From IMG/VR virus record IMGVR_UViG_3300031999_000005, positions 1-64,000 of that record: a stretch of DNA of 64,000 nt. One strand, 5' to 3'. Within the stretch, counting starts at the first letter, position 1; each line of letters begins with the position of its first letter. Shown in pieces: positions 58,345-64,000 of the stretch. The position numbers and the translations under genes are program-made. Source of the DNA: a virus. The notes below the pieces were generated by a model. The model worked only from the letters and a program-made list of their open reading frames with translations. It was not told the DNA's origin and did not search any database.

Positions 58345-58530
58345 ATGCCGCTACTGAAGGGCAAGTCAGACGCGACGGTCAGCAAGAACATCAGGGAGAT
58401 GATGCACGCTGGGCATCCGCAACCCCAAGCTATCGCTGCTTCGATGCGCATGGCTGGAAGACCGAAACCGAAGTGGGGAACCACTGGTCGCAGTTCGAAA
58501 CGACAATCAAACCGGCCAAGCAGCCGGTAA
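58345..58530 (+). CDS. Small basic head-region protein
   Basis: MPLLKGKS...SKNIREM...QAIAAS pattern; hairpin at about 58290-58323 upstream. Confidence 0.7.
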   Translation: MPLLKGKSDATVSKNIREMMHAGHPQPQAIAASMRMAGRPKPKWGTTGRSSKRQSNRPSSR

Positions 58531-58702
58531 AGGAGATACGACGATGGCAGGCTATGAGAATCACGAAACCCCAACGAACGCCCCGAAAGTAAGCAAGGGC
58601 GAATTCGTCGGCATCGGCACGTTTATTCCGCTGTCGGAGAAGCCGTTCAGCCCGAACCAAAAGACCGGCGAACCGAAACCGCAGAAGTAGAGGAATCTGA
58701 CC

Positions 58703-59086
58703 ATGCCGCCGCAACCACTTGATGCTCCTCCAATGCTCCCGTCCGAAGTCTCGTCACAGTTGGGGGCCGCCCCTTTTGCCGGGGTGACCGCGAATCTTTC
58801 CGACAGGTTAGGTGCGCCCCCACCTGCCGGCGGGGTCAACCCCACGGGATCAATTGACGCGATGGCGGATGCGGTCAAGACGATCGTGCAACGGATGGCG
58901 TCCATGGCCCCGGTATTTGCCCCGTTCGGGACCCGGATATCTACGGTTCTCGATTTGGGGATGTCTGAAGTCAAATCGCAAGGAGCGCCAGGAATGGGTC
59001 CTCAGCCTGCTGCTGGTCCACCGCCGGGAGTCGGTGGGGCAGCGATGCGGGAAGGACCGCCCCCAGGGGCAAACGTTCCAGCGTAG
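58703..59086 (+). CDS. Pro/Gly-rich head-region protein
   Basis: SD gagga; located between portal and scaffold. Confidence 0.65.
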   Translation: MPPQPLDAPPMLPSEVSSQLGAAPFAGVTANLSDRLGAPPPAGGVNPTGSIDAMADAVKTIVQRMASMAPVFAPFGTRISTVLDLGMSEVKSQGAPGMGPQPAAGPPPGVGGAAMREGPPPGANVPA

Positions 59087-59107
59087 CCGCAGGCGAAGGA
59101 GACTTGT

Positions 59108-60055
59108 GTGGCATTACCGGAAGCAATTGAAGAGATGCTGAAGACCCTTCCCGCAGAGGATCAGGAGGCTCTGCGCCCACGCTTCGAGAAGCACCAACCA
59201 CTCCGCGATGGCTACCTGCGCCAGAACGAATTTGACCGCAAGTTCAACGAGTGGAAAGAGCAGAAGGAGAAAGAGCAGGCCGCGATTGAAGCCCGCAAGG
59301 CGGAGATCGAAAAGGCAATCGCAGAACCCAGGGATTGGCTGAAACGCAATAAGAGCAAACACGACCAACTCCTTACTGAACACAAGGCCCTGGAAACAGC
59401 GAACCAGGAACTGACGGCGCAACTCGAAGCGGCAGAAGCAGCACGAAATAACGGGAGGGAAACGGACATGGACGAAGCAGCAGTGAAAGCAGCGGCGCAA
59501 GCCGTAGTGGACGAGCGCGTGAAGGCGCTCAAGGCAGAGCAGGCTGGCTACATCACGCAGAAGCAGATGGACGATATCGTGAAAAGCACCACGGACCAGT
59601 TCTTCGCGGTGACTCTTCCGAACTCAATGAATTTCGCCTCAGCCGTGTTGGATTGCCAGTTGGAGCATCGGCAGGAATTTGGTGAACGCTTGGACCGCAG
59701 CAAATTTGCGGAGTGGATGCAGAAAAAGTTGGAGGAGACGAAGAACCCCATGTATGGGGACCCCTACGTAGCCTACAACGAATACATGGCACCACGGCGC
59801 GCTGAAGCCACCGAGAAAAAGCGCCAGAAGGACCTGGACGACGCCCGCACTGAGGGTGCCGAAAAGGCCCGCAAAGAATTCGCCGCAACCGCAGGCGTAC
59901 CGGGGAGTGGCGTTCCGCCAGCCCCATCAGAACTTGGTCCAATGCAGAGGCACGTTCTCGGCAAAGACGTACAATTGCCGGCGGGCGTGGAGATCGGCGA
60001 TGGCCGCGCAGCGATGGCGGCTGCCGAATCGCTCCGTGCTGAGGGCAAGTTCTGA
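59108..60055 (+). CDS. Capsid scaffolding protein (putative)
   Basis: Acidic coiled coil, GYLRQNEFDRK, directly upstream of capsid. Confidence 0.75.
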   Translation: MALPEAIEEMLKTLPAEDQEALRPRFEKHQPLRDGYLRQNEFDRKFNEWKEQKEKEQAAIEARKAEIEKAIAEPRDWLKRNKSKHDQLLTEHKALETANQELTAQLEAAEAARNNGRETDMDEAAVKAAAQAVVDERVKALKAEQAGYITQKQMDDIVKSTTDQFFAVTLPNSMNFASAVLDCQLEHRQEFGERLDRSKFAEWMQKKLEETKNPMYGDPYVAYNEYMAPRRAEATEKKRQKDLDDARTEGAEKARKEFAATAGVPGSGVPPAPSELGPMQRHVLGKDVQLPAGVEIGDGRAAMAAAESLRAEGKF

Positions 60056-60089
60056 AGTCGTGCCCCGCATGGGGTGCGTGGAAGAAACC

Positions 60090-60190
60090 GGGTGGGGAAC
60101 CCGCCTTCAGGAGTTAACGTAGAGGTTGTAAACTCATGCGTTTCCTGAGAAGCCCTTTTGGACAGTTCACCACTGCCCATCGGAAGGCCA
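60090..60190 (+). ncRNA. Orphan TnpB omegaRNA-like scaffold plus putative guide
   Basis: Aligns with the tnpB 3' end at 20229-20310; ends TTCAC at 60170. Confidence 0.65.
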
Positions 60191-60317
60191 TTCAGCCCCA
60201 GCCGATTGGGGAGCAGCGATTAAGAGGCCCGCAGAGCCGGAAGTCGGAGTGAACGCAGCCGGCGGCGGATGATTCTAACCCTCAAAATCCCTGCCCCTTT
60301 GTCGGGGCAAAAGGAGG

Positions 60318-62482
60318 ATGGCCTTCCCGGTGGGAGGGCCAACATACCAAATGGCACTCACTTGGGGTGATTTAACTTCAAAAACCAATAGCCATATCGT
60401 GCCACGCTTGATTGACACGATCTACCGCACGTCCGCTCTGCTGACGCGCATCAGGACGCGCAACACCGAGCGGTTCGAAGGCGGGGATTCTCTCAAGGTT
60501 CCCATCATGCACGCCGAACTGAAGGGCGGTCCCTTCACTCGCGGCGGCACCTTCGATTGCTCGTATGTCGAGTCCGATACGGCCCTCAATTTCTTGATGA
60601 AGCCGTATTACGTCAACGTTTCCATCTACGGCCTGGACTGTGCGCTGAACCGCGGTCCCGAAGCCGCAATGACGATCATTGACTCGAAGATGGCGAACGC
60701 CGGCGGGAAGATGGCGAAGTTGCTGGCAACCGATATGTACCTGGACGGCCAGGGCACCGCTTCTTCGGCCATCGCATTGGATGGATTTTCCGGAGCCCTA
60801 GACGATGGAAGTAATTTTCCAGTTTACGGCCAAATCACCCGGACGGATCTTTCCGCCACGGCGAACACCGGCATCAACGCCTACTACAAGGTGGTGGCCA
60901 CGCTGTCCCTGAAGGAAGTGCAGACGGCCTTCGGAAGCACGTGGTTCGGCGGAGAACACGCGGATCTGCTCACCACCACCCAGGCCGTGTGGGACATCTG
61001 GTGGAACAAACTGCAACCGCAACAGCGGTTCAACGAAGAGTCCAGCGATGTGGGCAAAATCGGCTTTCAATCGTTCAGGTACAATTCCGCTCAGGTAGTG
61101 GTTGACCAGCATTGCCCAGCGGGCAAACTCTGGTTCCTGAACATGAAGTACGTGAACCTGTACCTGAGCACGATGCCGCAATTCCAGTTCGGGTTCACAG
61201 GATCAACTTTCGGTCCCCTTTCAAGCACCGTCAGCGAAGGAATGACGGTAAACTAGGAAGGAAAATTCTGCTATATGCTGGGACAACAGGTCATGCCGAG
61301 CTACTTACAAGGTAAAAAGGCGACGGATAATCCTGTCAATCAGCAAGGAAGAATCGTTCAAATTGCTCGTCTCGCAGGAATCTTTGATTGCGAGGGATGC
61401 TTCTACCTGAACCGCTATGGTCGGTCTCATGATTGCTATTCCGTGGTTGCGAGAGTCAGCAACTCGAATATGCGGATCATCGAGGAAGTTTGCTCTACAC
61501 TGTCGGTTCTGGGTTTCAAGTACAACAGAACTGATGGTCTGCCGACAGGAATGGGCGGTCGGGTGTCGGAAATTAGGCTGCATGGGACAAAGAGGGCGAA
61601 GCCGCTTATCGAACTCATCGCCCCGTATCTGTCAGCCAAATCCCGCGTTACTGACCTTCTGAAGATGTTTTGGGAACGCAGAGATTCAGTAGCGTATGGG
61701 GCATCCTACACAGAAGAAGATTTCAGAATTCACCGGGCTGTCCGGGCAGTCAATTCCAACGGCACAGCAAAGGACATACCCGTTGGAGATCATCTGGAAT
61801 TGGTTGGACCGTCGAGAGTAGCACGGCTTGGAGAGGTGGAAGCGAAAGCCAAACTTGCAGCCATCGTGGAATGCGATGGTTCTCTCGGCCTGACTAATCT
61901 GAGGAATGGGGAGAACTACATGCCAGCGATTTACATGGTGAACACGAACGAATCTTTGCTTGCAGAGATTCGTCAATCACTGGCTATGCTTGGAATTCCC
62001 TACTACTTCCAGATGAGACCGCCACGAGGCATTTCGATCAAGGCCATCGGTGAATTCCACATTCAGGGAATGAAGCGTGCCAAGCGGTTCCTGGATGCCA
62101 TAGGTGATTATTTCGTAGCCTACGCGGAACGGGCAAAATTGATTCGGCAATTCATCAATCGTCGGCTTTCTCTCCCGGCCAACTATCCGTATTCGGAAGT
62201 TGAGCGGGAGATCAAGAGGGCCTTGGACGAAGAGAAACCGAAGAGCGATTCCCTTCAACGACTGCACGCAGAACCGGGCAAGTCCCGGATGATACAGTCT
62301 GTTCTGCATGGAGACATGCAGACGGCGGCAGAAATGACCGCCGCGCTCGCGTAAGCGAGAGGTAACAGCAAGGGAAGGAAAATCAATTCTCGATTGATGT
62401 GGCCGGGCAGTACCTGTTCCTTGGCAACATCGTCGTAACCGCGCCTCGGCTGATGGCGCAGATAAGTGGAATAACTGGTTGA
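60318..62482 (+). CDS. Major capsid protein, spliced: join(60318..61203,62373..62482); alternative start 60351
   Basis: Splicing gives FGFTG-W-KENQFSIDVAGQYLFLGNIVVTAPRLMAQISGITG; located after scaffold. Confidence 0.88.
61204..62372 (+). mobile_element. Group I intron
   Basis: P1 GGAU/GUCC with U.G; P ATGCTGGGA, Q AATCAGCAAGG, R TCAACGACT, S GATACAGTC; terminal G. Confidence 0.9.
61275..62354 (+). CDS. Intron-encoded double-motif LAGLIDADG homing endonuclease (start uncertain)
   Basis: LAGIFDCEG and LAAIVECDG. Confidence 0.9.
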   Translation: MLGQQVMPSYLQGKKATDNPVNQQGRIVQIARLAGIFDCEGCFYLNRYGRSHDCYSVVARVSNSNMRIIEEVCSTLSVLGFKYNRTDGLPTGMGGRVSEIRLHGTKRAKPLIELIAPYLSAKSRVTDLLKMFWERRDSVAYGASYTEEDFRIHRAVRAVNSNGTAKDIPVGDHLELVGPSRVARLGEVEAKAKLAAIVECDGSLGLTNLRNGENYMPAIYMVNTNESLLAEIRQSLAMLGIPYYFQMRPPRGISIKAIGEFHIQGMKRAKRFLDAIGDYFVAYAERAKLIRQFINRRLSLPANYPYSEVEREIKRALDEEKPKSDSLQRLHAEPGKSRMIQSVLHGDMQTAAEMTAALA

Positions 62483-62512
62483 CATGTATCTGATTCTAAG
62501 GGAGTTAGCCAA

Positions 62513-63193
62513 ATGGCAGCTTGCTTAACACTGGGTCAAGCCGGGGTATATAGAGTGATGGCGGAACTCTTGCTCCGCGGTCACAGGCCGTACATTCCGG
62601 CAGTGGACGATCATGGTGTTGATTTGGCTCTTTCCACTGGAGTCAGAATACAGGTCAAGACGGCTCGTCTCCACACCAGGAAGAATTGGCCGAGAAAGCC
62701 AATCTACCATCTGACATTTGGATGGGCACAGATAGGCCGGACGCACATTCCTATCCGCAGAAAGAAGAATTACAGTTCAGAATGCGATTTTCTCATCATC
62801 TACGGTGTTGATGAAAACCGCTTTTGGATTGTTCCTAGCTTCCTGTTGGACGGGAGAACATGCCTGATGCTTGGACCCCGATGCCGAGTTGTTCGTGGGC
62901 AGATAGAGGAACTTCTCGATGTCGGGGTGACGAGAATCGAGGCAGCGAGGAAACTCGGCGTTGATCGGCATACCATCACAAGGCGGTTGAAGGGCGAGGG
63001 AACGAAAAATGGCGGCTTTGTGAGATCAGTCAGAATGTGCGAAGACCAATGGGGACTTTTGGGTTCTCCAGTTTTCGCTCCATTCGTGGGGAACCCGCCC
63101 AGTCTTCCAGGCGGTGAGACGGCCCAACAGAAAACAAGAGAGGAAACACAATGTCAGTCGCTGTCACTAACAACAATCTGCCATACCTCCTGA
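62513..63193 (+). CDS. Free-standing PD-(D/E)XK endonuclease with HTH
   Basis: GQAG...AELLLRG...P.VDDHGVDL...RIQVKT...CDF. Confidence 0.85.
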   Translation: MAACLTLGQAGVYRVMAELLLRGHRPYIPAVDDHGVDLALSTGVRIQVKTARLHTRKNWPRKPIYHLTFGWAQIGRTHIPIRRKKNYSSECDFLIIYGVDENRFWIVPSFLLDGRTCLMLGPRCRVVRGQIEELLDVGVTRIEAARKLGVDRHTITRRLKGEGTKNGGFVRSVRMCEDQWGLLGSPVFAPFVGNPPSLPGGETAQQKTREETQCQSLSLTTICHTS

Positions 63194-63735
63194 TTCCCGA
63201 GATTTCAACCGGCAACGTTGCGACCGTCAACGATGCCTACAGCACCACAATCAGCGCCGCAAACCCCTACGGGAACGGCGCAAAGAATGCACCTGGCGCA
63301 GCGTTTTACGCAGCCGATTCGGCTGGCCGGGTTGCCAAGTACCGCTACGTGCGGCTTTACCCAGGCACGCCACCGGGGGCCTACATCGTGGGGCCGGTTT
63401 ACTGGAAGGACAACACGTTCACCATCGTGACCACCACGCTGTCCAACGCTGTGACGGCCGAGGCAAGCGCCTTTGCCGGCATCCTGCTGCGGGCAGAGGC
63501 CACACCGGCACTGATGACCGGCAACTGGGTGGTGATCCTGGTTCGCGGGTTCCTTGCTGCTCTCGTTGTCGCGGCCAGCCCTACCGCAGGCGATGAAGTA
63601 TACGGGACGGCTGGTGATCAGATACTTAACGGCAAGGTGACCAGCGGCACGGCGCCGAAATTCCCTGGTCATGACATCCGGGCGCTGACCACCAGTGCCA
63701 CGCCCGATGTCTGGGTTGAAGCCGAGGGTGCGTAA
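63151..63735 (+). CDS. Capsid decoration/cement-like structural protein
   Basis: Follows capsid; KYRYVR, W..VRG pattern; SD gagga. Confidence 0.65.
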   Translation: MSVAVTNNNLPYLLIPEISTGNVATVNDAYSTTISAANPYGNGAKNAPGAAFYAADSAGRVAKYRYVRLYPGTPPGAYIVGPVYWKDNTFTIVTTTLSNAVTAEASAFAGILLRAEATPALMTGNWVVILVRGFLAALVVAASPTAGDEVYGTAGDQILNGKVTSGTAPKFPGHDIRALTTSATPDVWVEAEGA

Positions 63736-63818
63736 ACGGGGTGACCTGATTCCAAGGGGTGGGCCTAACTAGCCTTTCCCCTTGGGGCCGGGACACAACC
63801 AAAAGAGAGGACAACACA

Positions 63819-64000
63819 ATGGCAGTAGCAGTGACGAACAACAACATCCCGTACCTCCTCGAACCCGAGATCAGCACCGGCAACATCGCCACCGTCAATG
63901 ACGCTTACAGCACGACCAAGAGCGCGGCCAACCCTTACGGGAATGGCGCGAAGAACCAGCCGGGAGCGGCATTCTACGCTGCTGACTCGGCTGGCCGAAT
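63819..64000 (+). CDS. Tandem paralog of 63151-63735, truncated by the window end
   Basis: MAVAVTNNNIPYLLEPEISTGN..., highly similar N-terminus and leader. Confidence 0.75.
   Translation, partial: MAVAVTNNNIPYLLEPEISTGNIATVNDAYSTTKSAANPYGNGAKNQPGAAFYAADSAGR

Noticed and set aside
60318-61256. 312-aa capsid ORF as complete protein
   Set aside because: The tail after FGFTG is intron sequence; the proper C-terminus lies at 62373-62482.
63151-64000. DGR template/variable repeat pair
   Set aside because: Differences are mostly synonymous and not adenine-specific, both copies have starts, and no reverse transcriptase is in the window.

Overview
The window is a 64-kb segment of a large dsDNA tailed bacteriophage genome. 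I saw no host genes or integrase, and the host cannot be assigned from this window. From left to right: (1) A + strand replication and recombination block (DUF5131, Cas4/RecB-like nuclease, replication initiator with iteron-like repeats, primase-helicase, HNH, RecA, ECF sigma). (2) A small inverted lysis cassette (SleB-type hydrolase, holin-like proteins). (3) A long - strand array of accessory genes (TnpB with omegaRNA, sigma70-region-4 protein, interrupted SNF2 helicase, peptide deformylase, receiver domain, many small ORFs) with an embedded serine recombinase. (4) A divergent junction at about 37.6-38.3 kb. (5) A + strand DNA-modification and accessory block (PAPS-reductase-like, C5 and N4/N6 methyltransferases, HNHs, dual-specificity phosphatase, HerA-like ATPase). 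(6) Structured RNAs and tRNA-Pro. (7) The head module (small terminase candidate, large terminase with intein, portal, scaffold, major capsid with a group I intron, duplicated decoration-like genes). The best candidate for an undescribed system is in the SNF2 helicase. Its Walker A motif DEMG-LGKT is broken by an 8-nt gap (GGC-TGA-CC-GGC) with matched take-off and landing codons, closed by a long upstream hairpin and preceded by a Vsr-like endonuclease overprinted inside the same gene. This is a putative miniature ribosome-bypass plus homing-endonuclease cassette. Other strong leads are an 18-bp palindrome (ACRTCCAAATTTGGAYGT) found about 14 times, an orphan TnpB omegaRNA-like scaffold before the capsid gene, capsid-derived fragments (one fused to a twin-arginine-like leader), a three-protein overprinted methyltransferase locus, and a tRNA-shaped RNA with an expanded anticodon domain. 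All calls come from reading motifs by eye; no searches or folding programs were run.
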